DNA of 64,000 nucleotides from Lingula anatina (taxonomy: Eukaryota > Animalia > Brachiopoda), in NCBI GenBank assembly GCA_051362555.1, contig CM120643.1, forward strand, positions 20,154,848 to 20,218,847, written 5' to 3'. The position numbers were made by a program, and so were the translations under genes. Below the pieces are notes generated by a model that saw only the letters and a list, made by a program, of their open reading frames with translations, was not told where the DNA came from and did not search any database. Below, one piece after another: positions 10,431 through 24,700 of the stretch (the first letter of the stretch is position 1; each line of letters starts with the position of its first letter).

Positions 10431-13400
10431 CTGTAATAAAAACATGAAAAGGAAAAAGTTATATTTGTTGCAGGGGTTGATACAGAGATATTTTCTGACA
10501 GTCTTCCAAATTATCTTTGTTGATCCGTCCTCCATTTTTGACTGTCTTCTGACAGAAACAATTAGATACTCGTCAATGTAAACTTGAAAATTTGACCGTC
10601 TTCCAGAAGACCCAGAAAACGACCTCAATCTGCCCCTGTTGACGGAGATGGCAACTGCATCCTGCATGTGGACATGATTTTACCTTATGGCAAGGGTCAA
10701 AGGTCAATGGGGATCATTCAAGGTAGCCTAAAGAGTTCACGTAATGAGGGGTTAAATTTTTTATGTACAGACACAGATGTGTCTGTACATATAGCCATCA
10801 TCTGCGTCTGTCGTCGCCGTCGTGCACTTTTACCGATAACACAATAAGTGGAAAACCATTTTACCTTTTGACTTGAAACTTGCAGAACTGATGAATATTC
10901 ATAATACGCAGGTCAAGTTCGAAAATCAGCATGATCGGGTCACTTTTAGGGAATTTATGCTGTTTTTTCACTTTTTTCAGCATATATGCAGCACCGATAA
11001 CACGATAAGTGGAAAACCATTTTACCTTTTGACTTGAAACTTACAGAACTGATGAATATTCATAATACGCAGGTGAAGTTCGAAAATCAGCATGATTGGG
11101 CCATTTTTAGGGAATATATGCTGTTTTTTCACTATTTTCAATATAAATGCAACACTGATAACACAATATAAGAAAAACGGATTGGCCAATTGTAATTATA
11201 CTCACTGGAGTGGTCAATCTTACTAAAATGCAGGTTGAGTTCGAAAATCAGCATAATCGGGCCATTATTTTAGAAGTTATACTTTTTTTTCACATTTCCT
11301 CAGATTCAATTATTAGGCATGTTAACAGTCTCATTATTTAACTAATAAGATGCCTTAAAGTGTTTGTTTGATATTTCCTGCATGTTTACAACATTGTTAG
11401 TTGATTATGTAAAAAACATGGTAAACTTGTTATCATGTATTGTGTAATAAAGTGTCAAAAATGGAAATAAACTCATATCATTGCAGTTTGTCAGATTCAA
11501 TCATCCACTATGTTCAGAATCTCAGAATGGAGGAAATTGGACATTTAACACTGTTCTATTGATACTTTTACCATCTCATCAATTTTCTTAGTTGGTCATA
11601 TAAAAATGGCAGTAAAATGTTTATTTTGTTTTATGTTAAAAAAGTGTTAAAAATGGAAATAAACCCATTTCAGAACAGTTCTGTCTTGTTTACATTTTGG
11701 CATTTTCAAGGTGTGACTTTGAAGTTCCATGGGCCTGAAGACCTTTGCTAGTCACATTTTCTGAATATCTGTGATACAAATATTTTATAATTAAAAATTG
11801 ATGGTCATTAAGCTGTTAAACATTATGTAATATTGCTTCAAAATTTGAAGAAACCCCTATTTTGGGCACTGCTTCCATGATGCCCATTTAAGGAAAATCA
11901 TGTCACTTACTGTTCTCAAACTTACAGGAAAGAAACATGGGACTAAAATACAGGTTCAGTAGGCAATGCAGTCTGTTTTGTATTTTTTGTTTTTTTTTTA
12001 ATTTATTTTTTTTTTTTGGCAGTTAAACAGTTTTTTGTGAAAATTTAATTTTTCACATATTGGCATTTTAAAGGTGTGACTTTTAAGTTCCATGATCCTG
12101 AAGACTTTTGCTTGTCACATTTTCTGAATGTCCATGTTACTAATATTTTATTAATAACATTTGATTGTCATTATGCTGTTAAACATTATGTAATGTTGCA
12201 TCAAAATTTGAAGAAACCCCTATTTTGTGCACTGCTCCTATGATGACCATTTAAGGGAAATCATGTCACTTACTGTTCTCAAACTTACAGGAAAGAAACA
12301 TGGGTCTAACATACAGCTTCAATAGGCAACGCAGTCTGTTTGGTAAATTTTTCTGGCAATTTAACAGTTTTTTGTGAAAATTAAATTTTTCACTTATTTG
12401 CATCTTTATTTTCTGTTTTTTTGTCTGTACATTTGACAGCTTTGCTGCCTTGTTAATGATTCAAATTAAAACTATGAATTGGGAATGTTACCTTGAAAAA
12501 AAAATACAAATTAAAGCAATATGCAAAACACGGCAACTTTGTTCAGCAATGGACTTTAAAAATTCTGTCAGATTTTATTTGTTGGCACACTGTACTTGCT
12601 AGTCCGCCATTATTTTTAGACCCCTCTTTTCTTCAAACCTCATTTGATATTTCACAGAGTTGCAAAACATGCATGATCCCCACTGTCCACACTCAAGTTA
12701 TGATTGAAATGTCAGAAATATCAAAAACTGACTTCAGATTTCATTAAGTATAACATATCTTTCTTGCTTGACATTTCTCTAATTGGGGATGTATTGTAGT
12801 AATTACCATTTGATCACAACATATCTCTCCTGAAGTGAAAACACACCCCATGTAATTGTATATTTATCTATTATCAAGAGAAAAAAAAAGAGCTGCAATA
12901 AATAATAATAAAGTGCGAGTATGGGAAAGACGTGGGTAAACAGAAAAAGCATGAGTACATGCATCACATGGGGGGGGGGGGAGGGAATTTACCTCAGATT
13001 TTCAGCAGTGTGTAAAATGTCACAGCTTCATTTAAATGTGGTACATGTACCATATAGTCTTAGAGGTGTTGGTGAGAAGGTTGACGCTAACAATGTCTTC
13101 TCTACGTGTTTGATACCTCAGATTACCAATTAACTCACAACTATGCACTTTCTTCACACTGTTAACTCTCAATTCCCTTCAGGTATAAACACAATTAAAT
13201 TAAAAGGAAAATATACTTTCTGAGAGCTACTAGTATAACACCTTCCAACCACTTACCCCCAACTGTTCTTTTTTGCCCATAGACCACCTTTCCATCAAAT
13301 TCGTTGACAGGTACCTTGAGGTCAGGCTCCACCTGGTCAATGGTCACTCCCAAGTGTTCCTCAATGTCGGCCAGATACTGCAATTAGGAAAAAAATGACC

Positions 13401-13801
13401 ATGCTGCATCCAAATCATTACAAGTCAGATAATTAAGAGGAAATGTCTTAGAAGAGAGACATTGTCTGAAAACTGTGTTCAGCAAATGGCCTCTATCATA
13501 TAGGGTGTGTTCACAATAGAAATATTGTACTAGGTAGATTGATCCAACTCCGCTAGGACTTTTGCTAAATGCAATCAGATTAACTGAATGACGCTACTGT
13601 TTCCAATGTACTCATATTATCACAAGCTTTTCTGCATACTACCAAACGCCAGGAAGAGGTATGTTTAACTTATTCTTTTTATCTGATTGCATTCAGAGAG
13701 TCTATGTGTAGCTGGTTCCCTCTACCTTGTACGATGGTTTCATTGTGAACACACCCTTATTCTGGACCTGCACATTCCCATTTGTCCAAGTTTCATTATT
13801 G

Positions 13802-13857
<56 letters not shown>

Positions 13858-16800
13858 GGGGGGGGGGAGAATAAAAAATCTTTAAACCCAATTGATAAAA
13901 TAACTTTCTTCAGTTATTTGCAAACAAATGAGATAACATTTGAAAAATTTGCAAGAAATTCCTGCAATTTTTAAGAAAAGAAAGTGCTCTTCACCAAAAA
14001 GTTTTTCAAGAGGAATTCACAAAGTGTGGCAAAGTTTAAAGGGATAATAACTCTTTGTATGAGATCTATATTTCACAATAAAAACATTGTGAATAACTCA
14101 AAGAATTATAATATATTCTGTTTTACCACAAAAACAGCAGTTATAGAGCTATTATTCTGATATCTGAGCTTGTCTTAAGACCACGTGACCTCCATTGATG
14201 ACTATACTCTGTTAAAATCTCTTAAGAGATTTAACAAAAAACCAAACTTTTTAGAAAAAAACCAGCGACTACGTAACTTTGAATGTAAAAATGGATTCAT
14301 TTAACATTGGTAAGTATGGGAAAATTGTTGTTTACTCCAGGAAAATTTATTTTTTGGCCAAAACAAAGAGTTATCATCCCTTTAATTATGAGCAAAGCTG
14401 CTGCAATTTGAGAAAATCTCCATGGAAAATTAAGTCTGCAAATTCACAGGGAATATTCTGCTACCAATTAGTGCCAATAAAACCAGTTCTCTCCAGGCAC
14501 TCCTTATCAATAACAATGTTTCTTACAAGGCCCCCTGACATACAAGTATTATAGATCATTTTTTAATGGCCTTCTGGAAAACAAGTGCACATTACACATA
14601 CATCAAGTCCCAAATGAATGATTTTCTAATTTAAAACTTTGGCCTTTCATCCTAAAAAATGATCTAAAAACAAGTTGTCAATCTATCAAAATAACCAGTA
14701 CAGCTATATGACTAAGATTTATCACTTGGGGTGACAAATAAGGCTTTCTCTTAAAGGGATAACAACTCTTCCTGTGAGATCCATTTTTCGAAATTATACA
14801 TTGTAAACAAATCATAGAAATAAAATAAATTCTAATTTATCACCAAAAGGGCAGTGACACAATTATTAGATGGAATCTGTGCTGTGACCTCCTTAGATGG
14901 TTACCCTCAATGTCTGTCAAAAGATTATTACAAAAAACCAAACTTTTTAGAAAAAAGCCAGGGACTAACTTTGAACAACGAAATGGATTCATTATAAGTC
15001 AGCATGGGAAAATCGTTGTTTTGCCCAGGAAAATCCATTTTTTGGCCAAAATAATAATAATAATAATTTTATTGAGCATTAAAATGTGTACAGTTACATT
15101 TTACAAGCTCTCTAAACTACAGTTTTACATAAATTGTAATTGTATACACTTAAATAAGTATAACTTCTTTAGATCATTCCATTGCCAAAATACATGTAAG
15201 CTAACTACTTCATTCATATAGCTGACAATAGTAAGACACAATATAATAATACTGAATATAGTATTTTGTACAATATGCATTTGCTACTTAGGCATAACTG
15301 ACTGTATAAACTTGGCCACTGCTGATGCACTTGCACGACACTGTGGATTGAGAATTTGTATTATTTTGCTATCATCATCAGTGCCTGATAGACCAGAGAA
15401 TCGTGACAGGGAATCAAACATTTTTTTACGCTCACGTTGATGCTGAGTGCAGATCAGGAGAAAATGCTTTTCGTCTTCAATAACATTTTTGCAGTGTGGA
15501 CAAAATCTTTCTTCCATTGGTGTTTTAGGATATGTTTGTCTCCCCCTTTCAATTTGTAAATTGTGGTCACTAAGCCTGAGTTTTGATATTGCTATTTTGT
15601 AATGGGCTGGAATGTCGAGTTGCAGGTATTTTTCGCCATTGTACGAGTTTTTTAGGGCTTTATAGGTTCTCAGTTTACTGAATTTATCAGTGTGTAATTC
15701 CTCCCAGAAGAGACATTCAACTTTCTTTATTATTTCAATGAAGTTGTTATCCCTTTAAGGGGTATCCATGTTTTATAAAAGCCTTTATTTGGTGAAAGAA
15801 CTTTTTTCACATTTCTTTTATGTGAACTTAATATTCTTTATATTTTTGCAATAAAAATAAATACCTTTAGAGCACAAAGTTCCTTTTCTGATGCATTTTT
15901 TACCCCTCTGCCAGCTTAAGCACACAGAGTGCCCAAGAATTAAATACCAATTTTTTCTGGTTTGTTTATTGGTGTTGGATAGTGATTTGTTGTAGTATTT
16001 ATTTATTTATTGTATTATGTATTGTAGTATTCTATTGTATCTCTAAAACTATATAAGATATTATCAAGAAAATTGGCATGGTTGCATTTTGATGACTAGG
16101 GTGTGTATCACAATTTGGTGCCAGCATTTGGTTTTAAACCTTTTTTTTCTTTCAGGAGATATGAGCTCTAATTTACTACTGTTCCATTAAACAATGGTAA
16201 TATTTCACATTACTGATAAAATCAGAAATAAATCTTTCAAAAAATGGCACCAGATAATAGCTAGTACTTATAAATAGGCATCAAAGCTGTGTTGTTAGTT
16301 GTTCAGGCCAGATAGACTTAGAGAGATACGTTTGAAATTGATATCAGTTTTTAGTAAAAAAAAACAAAAAAAAAAACACTGCTTGAGTAAGCAAATTCAT
16401 CCTGATGTATACTGACAGTCAATGAAAATACATCACTTATATATCAAATAATATTTTAAGTTCCTTTGGCACATTAAGACAATAACAGTTTTCGTGTGAA
16501 ATATGACCCATTATTCAGTCACACAAGGTAAAATAAAGGTCAGAAAAAATCATTAAAAAAAGATCATTAAAATGCAAGGTCACATGATCAAATCCCTTTG
16601 GTTCCGCCCAGCCTCCAGCATCCCAAGGGCCTGCAGTCGCTCTTCCAGTGTCAGACGTGGCATCACAGAACTTTTTTGTCATGTGTCATACTGGATTTGG
16701 TGACTACCTTAAATAGGCTTAATTTATCACCATATATTGAACCTGATTAATTCACACCAATCAGGAAAAACACATGATTTTGTAACAGCTGATCACAAAA

Positions 16801-18581
16801 TCAAATGATCACAAAATTACTGAAGCAGAAATTTTAAACATCCGAGTGGTCGGCCCACTTTCTTATGACCAAACAAGTGCATTTGTACTCATTTAAAAGT
16901 TTGGAATCGATTCTCGGTAAAAGTACAAGAGTACAAAAGTGCAAGAAAGTTTTCTGATGCGTTTTCATTGACTGTCAGTATATTTTTTGATGTGACAGCA
17001 TTATCTCAAACATGAGAATGTTTATTTCCACAAAGATCAAGAAAAAAATCCTAGTACCAATTTACCCTTAATTAACTTGTCCTCTTGATGGTGCTGGTTG
17101 CTTAACTTAATCTACTTCTTTTAGTCAGTCTTAATGACCTTTAAGTTGATCTTTTTAATGGATTGGGCCTAATTACAGTGTCAATACGTTTAAAAAGAGA
17201 AGCCTAGTGGTAAAAGATGCATCAAATACATGCTACTCAAATGTGACACTTTTTTCTCTTTCCTTTCAGAGTATGGTATTAACGAAGTTGCTACACTCAC
17301 TTTACATAACTTGCTATTATGATAGAATACTTGACAACAATTTATGTTATTGCTTCAGCTATGTGTCATTATCTATAAACTCATGTTCATTTGATTACAT
17401 ATACAGTGCACCAATTACAACTTCAAATACCGGTCCTGTTGAAAGTTGATACAAAATCTCTATGCATGGCAGTCAGTGTTTACAGTTATTACCCAATAAG
17501 TTGTCATTCACTATTTCAATGAAAGCTTTGACATTTGAGTATGGCCTTAGAAAGATAAGCTTAATTTGTCATAATTTGAGACCTCTTATAGTGATATAAT
17601 GAAACAGTGGCAGGAACGCTCAGTCCCATTCCCAATGAAACTTTCATTTTACACAGATCGCTTCAACTCTGCCAGGGCTCTTGCTGAATGCAATCAGATA
17701 ACACACCTTCTCCTGGCGTTTAGTAGAAAACAGAAAAGCTTGTGATTATGCAAGTATGCTGGAAATAATAAGAGGCGGGTTTAATTTGTCAATCTGACTG
17801 CATTCAGCGAGAGTCCCTGTTAATTTGGATTGATCTACGAAGAAGGATGGTTTTATTTGGAATAAGCCCTTACATTTATTGAAACAAAGTAACATTTTGT
17901 AAAGTAACTAGCACCAAAACAGTGGAGGTGCCTCTATATTACATCCTCAGTTGATGCTGTCAGTGTGTCAAACTCAGTGTCTTTTGTCAAAGCACTGCTT
18001 TAATATAATGGTGCCAGAGTTTGGTAGAAGCATTTTGGCATCTGTGTTTTTAGATAAATATGAAGCGGACTGTCAAAGCTTCACCACTGAAAATTGCTTA
18101 GATAAAACAAACTGTTTTAAACTGCAACAGTCATAAATTACACAAAGCAATGCTAATTGGAAAAAAAATTCCTTTCCCTACCTTTTGTATAAAGTACATT
18201 TTTTCTGCCCATCTTTTTTCTCTTGTTCCAACAACAACAACAACAACAATAATACTTGCATCTAATTGATACCAAGATTGTGACATTTATTGCCACAATG
18301 CAACACCTACCGGTACTTGAACAATGTATAGTGTTTAATATCACAACAATGCAATATTTTCTGCTGCAATGATGTTCTATGCCATACATACCTTTGGTTC
18401 ATCATACCAAATGCAGCAGCCACCATGAATGGTGAGGTCAGTATTGTAACACCCACGGCCACGGTTTTGACAGTTTGAATGGTACCACACCTGAGAGAAC
18501 GATAAAATTGAGCATACATACTTGTGCATTAATCAAATGAAAAAAAAATTCAAAATTTTTTCTTTAATGTTTCTCATTTGA

Positions 18582-18645
<64 letters not shown>

Positions 18646-21600
18646 ATGGACCTTTAATTATTATCTTTTGTGTCTACATGTGAATAGAAAACTTAATTGG
18701 TAAATATACTTTATTGATCTGCTTTTCTTACCTTTTCCTTTACTGTAGAAACTAAGGAAATGGCCAATCCCATTCTGCAACGAAAAAGGTGATTACATTT
18801 CAAAAATATTTTTCAAAACTTGTCACTTTTTGATCATGTAACTTTCAGAAATTTACTGCTATATCTAATAACATAGTGATACTATATGTTATGCATATGC
18901 TGTGAAGCAAAATAATGCATTTTACATGTCTCATTATCCTGGACTATAAGCTTAATTATCAGTAATCCTGTCATCAAATATATCCAGGAAATGGGTTCCT
19001 GAGGGTAAGCTAGTACTCTTTGGGGAAGTGCAGGGGGATATCCCATGCCTAACTATTGACACCACTTATAGTTTCTACTTGTCAGGATTTCTGGACAACA
19101 CATCTGTCAGCAAACTAGATTCATGTAGTCTAGTCTTCAATGGGCTTTCAATGATGCCTTAATGATGACAAATCTTAATGTAGTTCAGTGGTGATTTTAA
19201 AGTTAGTGTGACTCCCAATATAGCACTTTTAACCATGCACTCCACTGGCTGAGATAGCAAGTACATCGTTAATACATCCCAACTTTAGAAGAACTGGGCT
19301 CTATAACTCGAAAGCATCGCACACTGCTGTCATTTCGAGGCCATTAGAGCCTACATGTATATAGGGTGAATAAATCCCGAGTTATGGAATAGAGACACTT
19401 GCGCTTTGCAATGCTTTCAAGTAATGGAGCCCTGCAACTAAAATGGTATCTAGAGTCTAGAGTATATACTAAACCTACATGTAGAACCCACCAATAACCC
19501 ACCAAACATCCAAAATGGTATCCAGAGTATATACTGAACCTACATGTAGAACCCACCAAGGACCCACCAAACATCATATACTGAATCAAGAGATATGGAC
19601 ACGTTTCACAAAACAACTTCAGTCCATAAATTGGTCTAAACTTGAAGACTTTTTTTTTTACTTAATGGCCCAAGTTAAATTAGTTGTAGTCCAATTATAT
19701 GAAATCATGCGCAGTTGAGCACAGAAATAATGAGATGTTACCAAAAGTAACAATTTTTAAAACCTTCACTGGTTACTCTTTTTATATAACTCCACCCCTC
19801 TTTCACGAATGGACCTGTTTTACACCAAGAAAGACATGGTGACATTTCAGTCCAATAGTCACTATGCTGTGAATCTATCTTGAGGTAAAGTGGATCAATT
19901 AAATTTCTGGTCAAAATGTTGAGATCAATTTACTGGCTAAAAGTAGTCTGCACAGCATGGATTTTAATAAATAAGTCTGAGCTTAAAACGGGATTAAGAA
20001 CCACACAGTCTCAAATGCACAAATGATTCAACTGCAGTTTAGATTTATGTCACAATGTATAGGCAGCATCAAATGTGGCCATTCTCTTGAGCCAAATGTA
20101 AAGAATGGTACCATTCAGACAAGACTGAATAATATAGCATCAATTTGGCATAATTTTTTTTTATAGGGGGGGGGGGGGGTTTAAAAGTTCTATGAATTTC
20201 CTTGTCCCATGCCCAAGTTTTAAGGGATAACAGCTGTTCGTATGAGATAAATATTGCACAATAAATATATTGTAAACAATCATAGAAATATAATAAATCC
20301 CATTTTACCACCAAAACAGCCGTTATTGCAATTATTTTGTATTCTGTGCTTGCCATCAGATGACATGGACCTTCACAGATGGCTATATCCCAGTACTTAA
20401 TTTCTATAGAGATTAAGAAATTTTGCAATTAATCTCTATAGAGATTATTACAAAAAAAACGTTTTTAATGTTGGAATGCATTCATTAACAATTGGTGGGT
20501 ATGGGGAAAATCTCTTCGTTTACCCCAGGAAAATCGTTTAATTTTTTTTTACCAAAATAAAAAGTTGTCCCTTTAAAATGTGTTAACTAAGAACTAGCAT
20601 TTTACGACTTAAAACACACATACTCAAAACTACCAGTAACTCTGAATGTATTGATCACACAAACCAAATCTTAAGTTCTACATGGCATGATTGTAGTATT
20701 ATGTTAGTCTGATCGCTGACGAAAGCATCTGGCATAATATCAAGACAGATATCCCCATTGAATCAATCAGTAATTCATATCAACATTTCTGTTTGATCAA
20801 ATCCATTTTCCCGTAAAGCGCATTCAGAACAGCAGACTGACAGCTCCGTGGATCAAATATGGCCGACCCACTTGAATGTTTGTTGTATAATCCCCACAGG
20901 GAATATTTTCAGTGTCTAATCAGGAATAAAACGGCAAGGGCTGACATATTTGATCTGCAGATCTGTAAGTCCGTTGTTCTGAATGTGCTCTTATGCATAA
21001 AACTGGACTGACGAACTGATGGGCTCCACACTGATGGGCTCCTGCTAAATAATCCTAATCCTTTCCAACTAACCAATGTATATAATTGGTAAATTTCTTA
21101 TATAACATATATATTTAGAATGGTCTAGTGCAGTCTGTTGTAAACAACCTCTTTTTCAAGGTAAAACTAAAATGTGCTGGGGTACAACCCATCACGGAAT
21201 GACATGAATATTGCATTTAAAAAAAAATTGAAAAGAGATATTGATAAATCACAACATTACAACTATATTGAAAACTATCAAAATTCCACAGCATGATAGA
21301 AAGCTTGCCAATGGGTATAATTTTCATTTCGCAAAGTGCTATCCAGTAATTTTAATGCAACTGTTCTAAACATCAAACTCTCTGCCATTTCTTTTTTTTT
21401 TTTTTTTTTTTTTGGGGGGGGGGGGCATGTTGAACAGCTGGAGAACTAAAATTTAGACCGTTTTTTTATTTGTTTGTCTAAGGACAATTTTCTATGTGAA
21501 ACACTTGAGTAAAGTCAGCAAAATGTTTATTTGAACAACATTAATTGGCAGTGCACCAATTATTTGTTGAACAGTATTCTTAGAAAAGAGGCTTTAAGCT

Positions 21601-21706
21601 TCCTTTTCATTTAACTGATATGCATCATAATGCATGCTGATAAATAATCCTTATCCTTTCCAACTAAACAAAGTGTATATAAAATTGCTAAATTTTCTTA
21701 TATAAC

Positions 21707-21786
<80 letters not shown>

Positions 21787-24700
21787 ATGGTATAGTACAG
21801 AGTTTATCGTAAACAACTTCTTTTTCAAGGTAAAGATAAAGTGTGCTAGGGTACATACCATCACTACATACCTGTTACATGTAAATATTGGGTTTAAATA
21901 AAAACAAGGCAGCAAAGCTGTCAAATGTACAGACAAAAAACAGAAAATAAAGATGCAAACAAGATAACAAGTTTACCATCATTTTTACATATGTTGTAAA
22001 GATGCAGGAAATGCCAAACAAACACTTTTACTTATCTTACTAATTAAATAATGAAACATGCATGTTAACATGCCTAAGAATTAAATCTGAGGAAATGTGA
22101 AAAAACAGCATTTCTTCAAAATAATGGCCCAATTAAGCTGATTTTTAAACTCAACCTGCGTTTTAGCAGGAATGACCACTCCTGTGAGTTTACTGACAAT
22201 TGGCCTATCTGTTTTTCTTATTTTGTGTTTACAGTGTTGCATATATGCTGAAAAGTGAAAAAAAAAAAGCATAACTAAAATAGTGGCCCGATCATGCCTA
22301 TTTTCTAACTTGACCTGCGTTATAGTAAGATTGATTACTCCTATGAGTTTCATGACAACAGGCCTAACGGTTTTCCTTGAAATGTGTTTACAGTGTTGCA
22401 TATATGCTGAAAAGTGAAAAAACAGCATAAGTTCTACAATAATGGCCCGATCATGCTGATTTTCGGACTTGACCTGCGTTTTATGGATATTCATCAGCTC
22501 TGTAAATATACAGCCAAAAAGTAAAACTGCCTTCCACTTATCGCGTTTACAATGAAAGTGCACGGCGACAGTGACAGTGACAGTGACGGCAACGCCAGCC
22601 ACGACAGACGCAGGTGATGGCAATATGTACAGACACATCTGTACATATTTACTGTACTGTTTGAGAACAGTAAGTGACATGGTTTTTCTTAAATGGTCAT
22701 CATGGGAGCAGTGCCCAAAATAAGTTTTTTTCAAATTTTGATGCAATATTACATAATGTTAAACAGCTTAATGACCATCAATTTTTAATAATAAAATATT
22801 AGTATCATGGATATTCAGAAAATGTGACTAGCAAAGGTCTTCAGGCCCATGGAACTTCAAAGTCACAACTTGAAAATGCCAAAATGTAAACAAGACAGCA
22901 CTGTTCTGAAATGTTTTTTTTCCATTTTTAACAATTTTTTTAACATAAACAAAATTAACAGGTTACTGCCATTTTTATACGATCAACTAAGAAAATTGAT
23001 GAGATGGGAAAAATATCAATACAACAGTGTTAAATGTCCAATTTCCTCCATCCTGAGATTCTGAACATAGTGAATGATTGCATCTGACAAACTGCAATGA
23101 TATGAGTTTATTTCCATTTTTGACACTTTATTACACAATACACGATAACAAGTTTACCATCATTTTTACATAATCAACTAACAATTTTGTAAAGATTCAG
23201 GAAATGTCAAACAAACACTTTTATGTATCTTATTAGTAAAATAATAAGACTGTTAACATGCCTAAGAATTGAATCTGAGGAAATGTGAAAAAACAGCATA
23301 ACTTCTAAAGTAATGGCCCGATCATGCCGATTTTCGAACTTGACCTGCGTTTTAGTAAGATTGATTACTCCTGTGAGTTTCATGACAACAGGCCTAACGG
23401 TGTTCCTTAAAATGTGTTTACAGGGTTGCATATATGCTGAAAAGTGAAAAAACAGCATAAGTTCTACAATAATGGCCCGATCATGCTGATTTTCGAACTT
23501 GACCTGCGTTTTATGAATATTCATCAGCTCTGTAAATATAAAGCCAAAAAGTAAAACTGTCCTCCACTTATCGTGTTTACAAGGAAAGTGCACGGCATCG
23601 GCGACGGCATCGGCATCGGCATCGGCATCGGCGACGGCATCGGCGACGACAGACGCAGGTGATGGCAATATGTACAGACACATCTGTGTCTGTACATAAA
23701 AATTAAAAGAGATATTGATAAATCACAACATAAACTATAAATAGTACAGGTACAAGCAAAAAGATTTCTTGTATTAAATCAAAATAACAGTCATACTGAC
23801 AATTAAAATTTGAGAATGGGACAGTAAGCCTGGGTATAGTTGCCATCTAGCAGGAGCACTATATTGACTGCACAGTGCTGACCAGTAATTTTTTAGTACT
23901 AACCAACAGTTCTTAACATCAAACTCTTTGCCAGTTTTTCTTTTTTTCCTTTTGGTGGGGGAGGGGGGGCATGTTGCACAACTGTAATAATTTAAACTTT
24001 TGTGTTTGTCAAGGAGCAATTTTCTATGTGAAACACTGGAACAAGGCAGCAAAGCTGTCAAATGTACAGACAAAAAACAGGAAATAACTATGCACAAAAT
24101 AGGCTACTGTCAATTCTGATGCAAAATTTTAATGATTGAATCTGACAAACTGCAATTATATGAGTTTATTTCCATTTTTGAAACTTTATTACACAATACA
24201 CGATAACAAGTTTACCATCATTTTTACATAATCAACTAATAATGTTGTAAAGATGCAGGAAATGCCAAACAAACACTTTTACGTATCTTATTAATTAAAT
24301 AATGAAACTGTTAACATGCCTAAGAAATGAATCTGAGGAAATGTGAAAAAACGGCATTTCTTTGAAATAATGGCCCGATTAAGCTGATTTTTGAACTCAA
24401 CCTGCGTTTTAGCAGGAATGACCACTCCTGTGAGTTTCATGACAATTGGCCCATCTGTTTTTCTTATATTGTATTTACTGTGTTGCATATATGCTGAAAA
24501 GTGAAGAAAAAAGCATAACTACTAAAACAGTGGCCCGATCATGCCGATTTTCGAACCTGACCTGCATTATAATAAGATCGATTACTCCTGTGAGTTTCAT
24601 GACAACAGGCCTATCAGTTTTCCTTGAAATGTGTTTACAGTGTTGCATTTATGCTGAAAAGTTAAAAAACAGCATAACTTCCCTTAAAATGGCCCGATCA

